Translations under genes and position numbers: made by a program
In this document: in pieces, positions 45,159 through 54,886 of the stretch
How the letters are laid out: each line of letters opens with the position of its first letter
Numbering within the stretch: position 1 is the first letter of the stretch
Source of the DNA: Alphaproteobacteria bacterium
Lineage (GTDB): Bacteria > Pseudomonadota > Alphaproteobacteria > MPNO01 > UBA830
Length of the DNA: 64,000 nt
Reading direction: 5' to 3'
Assembly (NCBI GenBank): GCA_964291215.2
Contig: OZ219791.1
Span: forward strand, 1,504,001 to 1,568,000
The notes under the pieces: model-generated
What the model saw: the letters and a program-made list of their open reading frames with translations, nothing else
The model's database searches: none
Told to the model about the DNA's origin: nothing

Positions 45159-45989
45159 ATGAGTTCGCAAGGGGATACAGGCGCAGGCGCCGCACAGTAC
45201 GACTACCACGGCCACAAGCATCCCTACCATCTGGTGGATCCGAGTCCGTGGCCTGCGATCGGCGCGGTTTCCGCGTTCGTCCTGACCGTCGGCACGGTGC
45301 TGTACATGCACGAGGACATCGCGTGGGTGATGATCCTCGGATTCGTCGGCATCCTCGCAACGATGGCGGGCTGGTTCTGGGACGTAATCCAGGAAGCCGA
45401 GTTCAAGGGCTTCCACAATCCTGTCGTGCAGGTCGGGATGCGCTACGGGATGGCGCTGTTCATCGCCTCCGAGGTCATGTTTTTCGTCGCCTGGTTCTGG
45501 GCGTATTTCAACGCGGCGCTGTTCCCGACGCTGCAGATCGAAGGCGTGTGGCCGCCGCCGGGCGTTCAGACCTTCGATCCCTGGGACCTGCCGTTCCTGA
45601 ACACCCTGATCCTGCTCATGTCGGGGGTGACCGTCACATGGGCGCACCACGCGCTACGCGAGGGCAACCGCAAGCATCTGATACAGGGTCTCGGGCTGAC
45701 GATCTTTCTCGGCATCTGCTTTTCCTGTGTCCAAGCCTACGAGTACGGCCACGCGGCATTCGGGTTCAGCGAAGGAATCTACCCTTCAACCTTCTTCATG
45801 GCGACAGGGTTCCACGGTTTCCACGTGCTGGTGGGGACGATTTTCCTGATCGTCTGCTTTTTCCGTGCCCGTGCCGGACATTTCAAGCCGGATCATCACT
45901 TCGGGTTCGAGGCCGCAGCCTGGTACTGGCACTTCGTCGATGTTGTGTGGCTGTTCCTGTTCTGCTGCATCTACTGGTGGGGCCAGTAG
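45159..45989 (+). CDS. coxC: cytochrome c oxidase subunit III
   Basis: HPYHLVDPSPWP, SEVMFF, TGFHGFHV, AAWYWHFVDVVW. Confidence 0.97.
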   Translation: MSSQGDTGAGAAQYDYHGHKHPYHLVDPSPWPAIGAVSAFVLTVGTVLYMHEDIAWVMILGFVGILATMAGWFWDVIQEAEFKGFHNPVVQVGMRYGMALFIASEVMFFVAWFWAYFNAALFPTLQIEGVWPPPGVQTFDPWDLPFLNTLILLMSGVTVTWAHHALREGNRKHLIQGLGLTIFLGICFSCVQAYEYGHAAFGFSEGIYPSTFFMATGFHGFHVLVGTIFLIVCFFRARAGHFKPDHHFGFEAAAWYWHFVDVVWLFLFCCIYWWGQ

Positions 45990-45996
45990 GGCCTCG

Positions 45997-46512
45997 TCAA
46001 TCGCGGCCGACGGCCGCGGTTTCCGCCGACGCGGGCTCCCACAGCCCGGCAGTGTCAAGATCGACGGACATGGTGACAGCGTCGACCGGCGATCCGCTCG
46101 GACGGGAGTAGTAGTCAGGGCGCCGGCCAACCGGCCGAAAGCCCCGGCGATCATAGAGCCTGCGGGCAGCACCGTTGTCCTCTGCAACTTCGAGGAAAAG
46201 CGAACTCGCACCGGACCGGTAGGCGCTGGTCATGACGCCTTCAAGAAGAAGCGAACCGATGCCGGAGCCGCGCACTTCAGGCGCAACGGCGAGGGTAAGA
46301 AGCTCACATTCATCGGTCGCGATGCGGAAGAGCGTAAAACCGGACAGCGTCCACCGGAGATCCGACTTCGCAGCGATTCCACTTGCTCCCGGCAGCGCCA
46401 GAATCCTGCGCAACATGATTCCGTTCCAGGCGTCGTCAAAGGACAAGGCATGGATGCGGGCCATCTCACCGACATCGCCGTCCCGAACCAGCGCAAGCGT
46501 GTGGCCGGTCAC
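45997..46512 (-). CDS. rimI: RimI-like GNAT acetyltransferase
   Basis: ECELLTLAV, RGSGIG, LFLEVAEDN, VGRRPDYY; GTG overlaps tsaB stop. Confidence 0.88.
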   Translation of the reverse strand: MTGHTLALVRDGDVGEMARIHALSFDDAWNGIMLRRILALPGASGIAAKSDLRWTLSGFTLFRIATDECELLTLAVAPEVRGSGIGSLLLEGVMTSAYRSGASSLFLEVAEDNGAARRLYDRRGFRPVGRRPDYYSRPSGSPVDAVTMSVDLDTAGLWEPASAETAAVGRD

Positions 46513-47204
46513 TGCTGTCCTCCTGACCGCTTCGGCTCCGTCGTATGAGGCGCCTGCAGATAGAGAGGTACGAGGCTGCCGCCTCCCTGCGTTAGTTGTC
46601 CGCGTCGCGCGAAACCGGCCAACCGCCCCACATCCGCCGCACACGGAAGCTGGCCGTCGGCCACACGTCGGATGTCGCCGGATTCCATATGCCAGCCAGC
46701 AGCAAAGCGTGCCACCCCATTGCCGGCAAGGAAATAGTTCTCGTGTTCGAGCCTTTTGCCTATTGCGTCACCCTCCAGGATAGCCGGGGCGGACAACGGC
46801 ATGCGATCAGCATCGTAATCCTGAACGAAATAGGCGGTGCGCCGCGTATCGAGAATGCACATGACCGGGCTCCGGCTCGAAGCCGACGCCAACGCGCCGT
46901 AGGCCACCGCCTCAAGGGCGGAAACGCCAACCGCCACTGCACGCGAGGCGAGCGCGAAACCCTGAGCCGCAGCAATGCCCGTGCGAATACCCGTAAAGGA
47001 GCCGGGGCCGACTGTCACGCCGATGGTATCAAGGTCCCCGATCCGTTTACCGGCGGTTTCCATCACTCGCATTACCATCGGCACAAGCGCTTCCGCATGA
47101 GCGCGCGTCATCGATCTTTCCTCGGCGGCAAGAACATTGTCGCCGCCCAAGAGGGCGACTGAACAAATGTCGGCGCTGGTATCGAAAGCCAGTGTCAGCG
47201 TCAT
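46509..47204 (-). CDS. tsaB: t6A biosynthesis protein TsaB
   Basis: LAFDTS, HAEAL, GPGSFTGIRTG, DTRR, PLYL. Confidence 0.93.
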   Translation of the reverse strand: MTLTLAFDTSADICSVALLGGDNVLAAEERSMTRAHAEALVPMVMRVMETAGKRIGDLDTIGVTVGPGSFTGIRTGIAAAQGFALASRAVAVGVSALEAVAYGALASASSRSPVMCILDTRRTAYFVQDYDADRMPLSAPAILEGDAIGKRLEHENYFLAGNGVARFAAGWHMESGDIRRVADGQLPCAADVGRLAGFARRGQLTQGGGSLVPLYLQAPHTTEPKRSGGQQ

Positions 47205-47386
47205 GGAACGTGGATCCTCCAAGCGACTGTTCCAGATTGGCACGCCCGGGCCGCAGAAGCCCCCGCGCGGCAATTCCCTGGAAGACAGCGGGGAGAGCTC
47301 TGTTAGACGGTATAGGGAGAGCCTTCAGGCTCCGAAAAGCCGTTTTTCAGGCCTGCCCCAATACCGATTTTCGTCAAAGTGAAACA

Positions 47387-47533
47387 CTAAACGCAACTTC
47401 ACTGACCGGGAAGAAGGTTTTGTCCCATGCATGACCGGTGTTTTGGCCCGAAGCAGGTTGTCACGCTTATATAAGCTGTAAGCATCGCGATCCGGGTCCA
47501 TTCCGAGCAGTTCGAACGCCCTTCCCCCCCTGC
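47387..47533 (-). mobile_element. 3' end remnant of IS1634-like element (a)
   Basis: C-terminal RAFELLGMDP; terminus CTAAACGCAACTTC; truncated at an IS256 end. Confidence 0.55.
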
Positions 47534-47602
47534 GGTACTGTAACTTGATGTCTGGAAATTTGTCTGAGGTTTGCGCTTTGAGGCGTTTCACTGGGGGGCT
47601 AG
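47534..47602 (+). repeat. IS256-family left end (69 bp, ends at CTAG), copy 1
   Basis: GGTACTGTAACTTGATGTCTGGAAATTTGTC...CACTGGGGGGCTAG; also at 47792, 49095 (inverted) and 50106 (inverted). Confidence 0.85.
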
Positions 47603-47791
47603 CCTGAAGTTCCAGAGCCGATCAGACGTAAGTGCCTGATAGAAATGACATTCTATACATTTCAGCGGTCTGGGTACACTATGGCTTCATGCCCAGGAGC
47701 TTGAAAGCCCTTCTCTGGAGCGGCGTGGGCCGTGTGGTGACCGGGAAGGGTTCGGCGCCCGCAAGGCGGGGCGCCACGGTGTTGCGCGGGT
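47599..47791 (-). mobile_element. 3' end remnant of IS1634-like element (b)
   Basis: C-terminal TTRPTPLQRRAFKLLGMKP*; terminus ...GGAACTTCAGG-CTAG sits on the IS256 hairpin CTAG. Confidence 0.65.
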
Positions 47792-47860
47792 GGTACTGTA
47801 ACTTGATGTCTGGAAATTTGTCTGAGGTTTGCGCTTTGAGGCGTTTCACTGGGGGGCTAG
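47792..47860 (+). repeat. IS256-family left end, copy 2
   Basis: Identical to 47534-47602. Confidence 0.85.
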
Positions 47861-49094
47861 TAGTCCACCGGCATTGTATTGATGGTTTTTGGTGGGTAGT
47901 ATTTTCGTGTCGGCGTTCGTTGGAATCCGGACAGTGCCGATATCTACACGGGCAGATGCCGAACAGGCAGCCGCAGCCCCATGCGCAGGTCCGGACAACG
48001 GGCATGCCCGCAGGTCTTCGGCGCAATGACAGGAGCGGCGCATATGGCCAACTCTCGGGGCAGGAAGCTCTACCGCGTGACCCTTTCGGCGCAGGAGCGC
48101 CGGGATCTGCAGGCGATTGTCGACGGCACCGGGGCTGTCTGGCGTCGGCGCCGGGCACAGGTCCTGATGCTGAGGGGGCGCTTGTCGATGCCGACATAGG
48201 GCTGGGCACGGCGACGGTCGAGCGCTTGCGCAAGCGCTGCGTCCTGGAGGGGCTGGACGCCGCTCTCAGCCGCAAGGAGCAGGTGAACCGCCGGCCAAAA
48301 CGGCTGGACGGGGCGATGGAGGCGAAGCTGATCGCCCTGTTCGTCCCCGCCCGAGGGCTGTGGACGCTGAAGCTGCTCGCCGGCCGTCTGGTGGAGATGG
48401 AGATTGTCGAGCGCATTTCGGAAGAAACGGTCAGGAAGACGCTAAAAAAAGAGATCAAGCCGTGGCTGAAGCAGTACTGGTGCATTCCACCGCATCGGAG
48501 CGCACAGTTCGTGGCGGCGGACATGCTTGACATTTATCAGCGGAACTTTGCCGGGGACGAGGTGCTGGAGACCAGCCGGCAGCAGACGAAGGAAACCCCC
48601 CGTCCTCCGGTCAGCCGGAGGTGGTCGACTATGAATATGAGCGCAACGGCACGGCCAACCTCTTCATGGCCTTTGCGCCCAACGAGAACTGGCGCACGGT
48701 GAAAGTCACCGACCGCCGCGGGACTGGGCACACTTCATCCGGGAGCTTGCCGACGACCATTTCCCCGACAGGAAGATCGTGCTGGACAATCTGAACACGC
48801 ACAGTCGCTGTATGAAGCCTTCGAGCCCGAGGAGGCGGGTGCGAAAGCGGTTCGAGTTTCGCTATACGCCGAAGCACGGAAGCTGGCTCAACATGGCCGA
48901 AATCGAGATCGGTGCGCTGTCGCGGCAGTGTCTTCGGCGACGCATTCCCGACCGCGACACCATGCTGCGGGAGACCGTGGCGTGGGTCGAGCGCCGCAAT
49001 GCGGCCGATGTCACTGTCGACTGGCGTTTCACGACGAAGGATGCCCGGACGAAACTGAAGTCACTATATCCGTCAATACAATAATGCCAGACTA
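47861..49094 (+). mobile_element. IS630-family element, degraded
   Basis: Flanked by CTAG on both sides; TIR TAGTC...ATTGTATTGAYGG; fragments WTLKLLA, ETVRKTLKK (A7 slippery run), YWCIPP, DYEYERNGT, LDNLNTH, YTPKHGSWLNMAEIE. Confidence 0.92.
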
Positions 49095-49163
49095 CTAGCC
49101 CCCCAGTGAAACACCTCAAAGCGCAAACCTCAGACAAATTTCCAGACATCAAGTTACAGTACC
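49095..49163 (-). repeat. IS256-family left end, copy 3 (inverted)
   Basis: Reverse complement of copy 2 with one substitution. Confidence 0.85.
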
Positions 49164-49965
49164 TCCATTTCTCGGCAGGCCGAAGATGTAATGCGCGAGT
49201 TCGGGAGCTTGTCCTCTTCTCAGGTCAGCCGAGCCACCAGGTTGCTCGATGAAGAACTCGCCGCGCAACCGGCCCCTGATGAAATACCTGATCCTGGATG
49301 CGCGCTATGAAAAAGCCCGCCATGACGGCGTTGTGCGCGATGTCGCAGTGCTCTCGGCCATCGGAATAGGGGCTGCAGGCACGTTCTGGGGCTCTCTGTG
49401 GCGCTCTCCGAGGCCGAGGTCCATTGGAGAGCCTTCCTGGAAAGCTTGCTAGCCCTGCATGGTACGACCTTCATCGTCTCGGATGACCATGCTGGGTTGA
49501 AAGCGGCACGGTGCTGGGCGCGGCGACGTGGCAGCGCTGCCAGTTCCACTTGGCGCAAAACGCCGTGCACCGAACAACGACATCAGGAAACGTATTGGAA
49601 AACAGCTCGGAGCCACGCCTCCTCACTCCAAACCGCCGAGGCTGAACTGGGCGCCCTCGTGGCCAGCGACAAGCATCCAGGCTTCCTGGCTGGAAAACAA
49701 TGCGGGGCTCGCTGTCTTCACCTTGCCCGATGCTCACCACAAGCGTATGCGAACCTCGAACGGCATCGAGCGGCCGATCCAGCAAGAGCTCAAGCGGCGC
49801 ACCTCCAAAGTCAGGGTCTTTCCGAACCTCGCCTCGTTGGAGCGCCTCTCAACCGCGGTCCTCATCGACGAAAAATGGGAAACCGAAACCAAGGCATACA
49901 TCAAATGGGAACAGCTCGATGACTGAGAGCTTCTCGACAATTTCCAGACATCAGGTTGCGTAATC
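49164..49965 (+). mobile_element. IS256-family transposase central/C-terminal remnant with right end
   Basis: YLILDARYEK, SEAEVHW, VSDDHAGL, WQRCQFH, MRTSNGIER, ELKRRT, VRVFPN; IRR GACAATTTCCAGACATCAGGTTGCGTAATC matches the IRL. Confidence 0.9.
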
Positions 49966-50173
49966 CCCAGATCCGTTGCTCCGTTTGCGATCAGACGTTC
50001 CAAAACGGCCTCAATCGTCGTAGTGTGTCGCAGGTCCATTCGCTTCCTCCATGAATGTTTACAGCTCCATGGGATAGTACGATGGCGCTGCGTTTCACTG
50101 GGGGGCTAGCCCCCAGTGAAACGCCTCAAAGCGCAAACCTCAGACAAATTTCCAGACATCAAGTTACAGTACC
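49966..50173 (-). mobile_element. IS256 left end plus transposase N-terminus, inverted relative to the C-terminal part
   Basis: IRL ends at 50173; intact palindrome GCGTTTCACTGGGGGGCTAGCCCCCAGTGAAACGC (50090-50124); MDLRHTTTIEAVLERLIANG with GGAGG RBS. Confidence 0.82.
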
Positions 50174-50654
50174 GTCGCGGGCGGACCGTGCGGCGAACGG
50201 CACGCTCAGTACGCCAAGTCAATCGTCCATTCAGCGTCTTCCCTGGCCGAAACACATGATGAACGCGTACGCTTCCGATGCGGAGGTTCCCGAGGGGTAA
50301 ATTTTGCCGACCTTTGCAGGGGCCGGCAGGCATCGCCAAATCGCCTCCGCCGGCACTCGCATTCGGAGAACGCCAATTACCTAACCCGCTATAGCTCACC
50401 ACCGAGGTGGTGAACTTTGAATCTGTCTGCCAACAATCCGCTGCATAAGAAAAACAGCGTGCCAATAGCAAGAAGCGCATCTTTGGGCGCGCGGCCACAC
50501 ACTGCAATCATGCCTGTGGAAACACCACTCAACCGTCTGCAGCGGATGGCCATGCACGAACTGGTCTACCCACTTGAAAATTTTGGCAGCAGATGCTGCT
50601 ATAATCTGACCCTGCGAACGAGGACAGACTAAAAAAACAGAGCAAGCAAAGAAC

Positions 50655-51977
50655 ATGTCCGATCCCCGGTCCTGTGAAACCTGCCGTACGGCCGCCCCGG
50701 TGGTCAAATTCGGGGATCGTCGTCTTTTCCGTGAGGAATTCAGACCGGAACGCTTCTGGCAGGAGTTCGCAAGGCGGACGGTGGCAGGATTCGAAATGCC
50801 GGCGCGGTGTTCTCCAGCAGGCGACATGACGCAGTGCAAAAAGCCAGGCGACAGCTTACCCGAGCGCCGCCACGCCTTGGCAACGGCGCCGGACACTGGC
50901 GACAAGCGGGGCATCCGTCGTTCTGTCGGGATCTTCTTCACGAAAACCCGGGCAGGGCGGCTTGTGGCGCTCCTGGTTGTTGCCGTCGGCGCAACTGTCG
51001 CTTCCCCACCGTCTTTAACCGCTGCCGATTCGGCTTCGGTGTTGATCTATCACCGGTTCGGTGAAGAGAGGTACCGTTCGACCAACATCAGGCTGGAACA
51101 GTTCGAGGCCCACGTCAGGGAGCTGTCCAATCCCCGGTACAATGTCCTGCCGCTCCCCCATATCGTCGACAGCCTGCAGAACGGTAAGGCGCTGCCCGAC
51201 CGGAGCTTGGCCATTACGATCGACGACGCCTTTCTCTCGGTCTACACCGAAGCTTGGCCGCGTCTGCGCGCCGCCGGGCTGCCGTTCACGCTATTCGTGG
51301 CAACGCAGGCCGTGGACATCAACCGGCCAAACTACATGAGCTGGGACCAGATCCGGACACTGCATCGGGCAGGCGTCACGATCGGGAGCCAGACCCACAC
51401 TCACCTCGACATGCCGGTGGCCAGCGCCGAGAAAAACAGGCAGGAACTCGAAGCCTCGAACCGGAGCTTCCTTGAGAATCTGGGCGTAGTGCCCAATATC
51501 ATCGCCTACCCGTTCGGACAATATAGCCTCGCGGTACGGAAAGTCGTAATTAACACCGGATTCCGGGCCGGATTCGGACAGCATTCGGGAATAGTCCATT
51601 CGGGCTCAGACGTGTTCTACCTGCCGCGTTTCGCGATGAATGAGATCTTCGGCGATATCGAGCGTCTGAGGATAGTAGCCAACGCCCTGCCGTTGAGGGT
51701 TCGCGATTTCGTGCCCGAGGATCCGCTGATTTCCCCTGCCGCCAATCCACCCGTCGTCGGTTTCACGGTCGCCAATGAGCTGACCAGGCAGTTGGGACGG
51801 CTGCGCTGCTACGGCAATTCCGGAGGAGAGCTGACGCTGGAGTTGCTGGGGCCGAGAGTCGAAATTAGATTTGCAGCTGCGTTGCCCGAAGGGCGCTCAC
51901 GAATCAACTGCACGATGCCGGCGCCAAACGGAAGATGGCACTGGTTCGGCAAGCAGTTCTACCTGCCGAAGCCCTGA
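50655..51977 (+). CDS. periplasmic polysaccharide deacetylase (true start probably downstream of 50655)
   Basis: LIYHRFGE, AITIDDAF, GSQTHTH, AYPFG NodB-type motifs. Confidence 0.85.
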   Translation: MSDPRSCETCRTAAPVVKFGDRRLFREEFRPERFWQEFARRTVAGFEMPARCSPAGDMTQCKKPGDSLPERRHALATAPDTGDKRGIRRSVGIFFTKTRAGRLVALLVVAVGATVASPPSLTAADSASVLIYHRFGEERYRSTNIRLEQFEAHVRELSNPRYNVLPLPHIVDSLQNGKALPDRSLAITIDDAFLSVYTEAWPRLRAAGLPFTLFVATQAVDINRPNYMSWDQIRTLHRAGVTIGSQTHTHLDMPVASAEKNRQELEASNRSFLENLGVVPNIIAYPFGQYSLAVRKVVINTGFRAGFGQHSGIVHSGSDVFYLPRFAMNEIFGDIERLRIVANALPLRVRDFVPEDPLISPAANPPVVGFTVANELTRQLGRLRCYGNSGGELTLELLGPRVEIRFAAALPEGRSRINCTMPAPNGRWHWFGKQFYLPKP

Positions 51978-51981
51978 ATCC

Positions 51982-53016
51982 TCACGTCTGATCGTCCCCG
52001 TCGACGAAACGGGCATGATCGAACATGCTGAGGTCGTTTGTGCGCATGATCTGGCGAATTGCCTCGATATAGGCCTCACCTCGTTCCGAATAGCGCGAAA
52101 GCGCGCCGACGAGAGCTTTACCATCCATTCTGCCAGCCTGGCGCATCCGCGCCCGCGCGTCGCGGAAGGCCTTGTATGCCTCATGGCAGTTGAGATTGTG
52201 GGCATAGCTGAACACGCTGTTCAGCAGGTTGTTGTACGACCTGACCCTGAATATCGAGTTGTTTCCGCGCTTCTTGGGTACCATGTCGTGCACGCGCGGT
52301 TTGTAGGTGCGCTGACCGAACAGCGCGTTGCCGGCCCGGGCGAACCTGGAAGTGCCCCAGCCACTTTCCTCGGCCGCCTGGGCAATGGCAAGAGACGGCA
52401 GGATGATGTCCACGGACTTGAGCAGTTCCACGTAATCCACCCGTTCAAGGCCGTACCACTCGGCGACCGACACAAGCCAGAGCCGTTCGTCTTCAGACAA
52501 TGCGCCGCCAGCAGCTTCGCGGTCGCGCAGACTGATCAGCTGTTCGCGAACGGCAGCGATGGTTTCGTTGACATGCAGGATGAGCGGCAGGACCAGGCTG
52601 ATGAACGCCGCCTTGCGCTTGGCAGGAACGGATATTTCGCTGAAGCCTGACGGCAGGCTCGCGAGGAAAATGCGACGCACCTGGCCGGTGGCTCGTATCT
52701 CTTCGAGCTGGTTTTCGGTCCGTTCGAAAAGCGACGGAGCACTGTCGCGGGAGCCCGTCATGTGCGCTACCAGACGCCACTTGTCTCCCGGGTCCGGAGC
52801 CGCAGTTTCGGCGGGCTTGTCCGTTACCGCCCCGCTGCCTGCGACAGCCGGAGCGGAAGCCCCGAGGGCGAACGCAACCGTGGCACCCGCAAGCGGCGCT
52901 TTCTGCAAAACAGTCAGTGCTTTCAGCCACAATGGCTGAAGAGAGGAAATACCGAATCCCATCATGTGTCCGGACGCCTTGCACGGCGTCTCATTTGTTG
53001 AGCGCCAAGTCTGCAT
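51982..53016 (-). CDS. glucosaminidase domain (Bax-like) protein, start uncertain
   Basis: KRKAAFI, AQAAEESGWGTSRFARAGNALFG, YSERGEAYI. Confidence 0.88.
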   Translation of the reverse strand: MQTWRSTNETPCKASGHMMGFGISSLQPLWLKALTVLQKAPLAGATVAFALGASAPAVAGSGAVTDKPAETAAPDPGDKWRLVAHMTGSRDSAPSLFERTENQLEEIRATGQVRRIFLASLPSGFSEISVPAKRKAAFISLVLPLILHVNETIAAVREQLISLRDREAAGGALSEDERLWLVSVAEWYGLERVDYVELLKSVDIILPSLAIAQAAEESGWGTSRFARAGNALFGQRTYKPRVHDMVPKKRGNNSIFRVRSYNNLLNSVFSYAHNLNCHEAYKAFRDARARMRQAGRMDGKALVGALSRYSERGEAYIEAIRQIMRTNDLSMFDHARFVDGDDQT

Positions 53017-53354
53017 CCGGCGCCTGCCCTGACACTGCTTCGATCACCACCGGAACGGCAGTGCAGGAGACACCTCCATGCACCTCGCGCCGCTGCCAGG
53101 CTGCGCCGAAACAGTCCGCTTTGGACCTCTTGGCTACCAGCATAGCGAACCTGAAGCCTGAATCAAGCCGCCGGCAAAGGTGATTGCAGGGTTGATGTTC
53201 CGGTCGATGTCCAAGACCAGGTAATCATCCGCTGCCTTCGGAAAGCCTGCCCCGGCTCCGGAATCGGCATTTGTCGACAGCGGCGGAATCCGGCGGCATG
53301 ACGAAGGCCAGAGGCACAGCCCTCGACAGCCGTGCATGCTGATTGCTGCGGATA

Positions 53355-54104
53355 TCAGCCGCCAGACCGCGCTTCGGCGATGATTTTCCTGAGGCTGGCC
53401 CCATCTACAGCTCCCGGCACCAAGGTTTCTCCGATGACGAATGCAGGCGTGCCGCGGACGCCGATAGCGCGCGCCAGATTCGCCGTCTCCTCCAGATAGG
53501 AGGCGATCGCCGGATCTTCCATGTCCCGGCGGAGGCGCGCAACATCCAGGCCGATATCCTTGGCAACGCCCATGATTGCCGTTTCGGTCAGTCTTCCGCG
53601 CAGGCTCATGACGCCAACATGGAAACGCAGGTACCTGTCCTGTTGTTTCGCAGCCATTGCCGCCCGGGCGGCAAATCCCGATACAGGCCCGAGGATCGGA
53701 TACTCCTTCCAGACGATTCGCACCTGCCTGTCCGTCTTCAGCAAATCCATAACCACCTTGAGCGAACGCTTGCAGTAGCCGCACTGGTAGTCGAAGAACT
53801 CGACGACCGTGATATCCCCGCGCGGATTCCCTGAGACCGGAGATGACGGGTGGCGGTGCAGCGCCTCGCCATGCTTGATGATCGCGGATTTTGTCCGCTG
53901 TTTGAGTGCGGCTTCATTTTTTGCCTGCAACGCAGCCAGAGCCTCCTGGATGATTTCTGGATTCCGGAGCAAGTAATCCCTGACAATCTGCTCAATGGCG
54001 CTTCTTTCGGGCGTCGTGCCGGCCCCTGTCTGCGCAGATCCGCCCGCAATCGGAATCACGGCGGCGAAGGTTGCTGCCAAGGCTACCAAGTAGATGGTGC
54101 GCAT
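53355..54104 (-). CDS. DsbA/Com1-like thioredoxin-fold protein
   Basis: Signal peptide, YLLRNPE, EFFDYQCGYCK, GTPAF. Confidence 0.92.
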   Translation of the reverse strand: MRTIYLVALAATFAAVIPIAGGSAQTGAGTTPERSAIEQIVRDYLLRNPEIIQEALAALQAKNEAALKQRTKSAIIKHGEALHRHPSSPVSGNPRGDITVVEFFDYQCGYCKRSLKVVMDLLKTDRQVRIVWKEYPILGPVSGFAARAAMAAKQQDRYLRFHVGVMSLRGRLTETAIMGVAKDIGLDVARLRRDMEDPAIASYLEETANLARAIGVRGTPAFVIGETLVPGAVDGASLRKIIAEARSGG

Positions 54105-54353
54105 GGGCTCGAATTCCTTCCTCATTCAGATGAGATTCTGGCGAAATTACGCCTGAAAGCGGGAGTGAAACGGCCTGTCGAACAAGACATAGAACACACC
54201 AAATAAAGATCAAGGGGTTGTCAGTGTCTCTGCGAGCAAGCAGCAATCATTTCCACAGCCTTGCAAACCCTCCGATGACTGCCGGATACCGTCGCCCGTC
54301 CGCAAGGTGCAGCCTGGCATGGCGAAACCAACGCGGCGGGTACCGGAACCGAT

Positions 54354-54884
54354 TCAGGTCAACGCATCGATCTGCTCTTCCGTCAGATTGCCGGGGACAA
54401 TCATGATCGGGATGGGAAACTGTCCGGACATCTTCCCGCCGATTGAGGAAACCAGCGGACCCGGGCCTTTCCTGTCGGTGCCCGCGCCGAGAACCAGGAT
54501 CGAAATGCGAGGCTCTTCGCTGATCAGTTCCTCGATGACCTCCGCCGGTTTGCCTTCGCGCACATAGAGGACCGGCGTGCGCCCTGACCACTCCTGAACC
54601 CGCAGAGCGTATTGCTGCAGGAAGCCCTCGGCTTCCTCGCGCGCCTCTTCGCGCATCCTTTCCTCGACCGACATCCAGTGCTGGAACTCGGCCGGTTCCA
54701 TGCAGTAGAGCAGCGCGAGTGTTCCGCCTGCGCGCGCACAGCGCCGCACCGAAAAATAGATCGCCTTGTGACACTCCTCCGTCGAATCGACCACGCAGAG
54801 GTAAATTCGATCGTCGGGCCGGATCACTTCCTTGCCGATTTCCTTCGGCGTCTTGTCCGGCGGCACCGGACTTTCACTGCTCAT
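54354..54884 (-). CDS. universal stress protein
   Basis: LCVVDSTEEC, REGKP, LVLGA, GPGPLVS, PIMIVPG. Confidence 0.88.
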   Translation of the reverse strand: MSSESPVPPDKTPKEIGKEVIRPDDRIYLCVVDSTEECHKAIYFSVRRCARAGGTLALLYCMEPAEFQHWMSVEERMREEAREEAEGFLQQYALRVQEWSGRTPVLYVREGKPAEVIEELISEEPRISILVLGAGTDRKGPGPLVSSIGGKMSGQFPIPIMIVPGNLTEEQIDALT

Positions 54885-54886
54885 AA

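Noticed and set aside
47534-50173. Four copies of a ~69-bp repeat as a CRISPR array or ncRNA
   Set aside because: Irregular spacing, mixed orientation, no cas genes; the sequence matches the IS256 inverted repeat at 49936-49965.
47783-50182. Target duplication around the IS256/IS630 block (TGCGCGGGT vs GTCGCGGGC)
   Set aside because: Only 6 of 9 matches in GC-rich DNA; not distinguishable from chance.
50574-50605. Sigma70 promoter TTGAAA...TATAAT
   Set aside because: The spacer is 20 bp. An extended -10 (TGCTATAAT) overlapping a GCAGCA-GA-TGCTGC palindrome is possible but unsupported.
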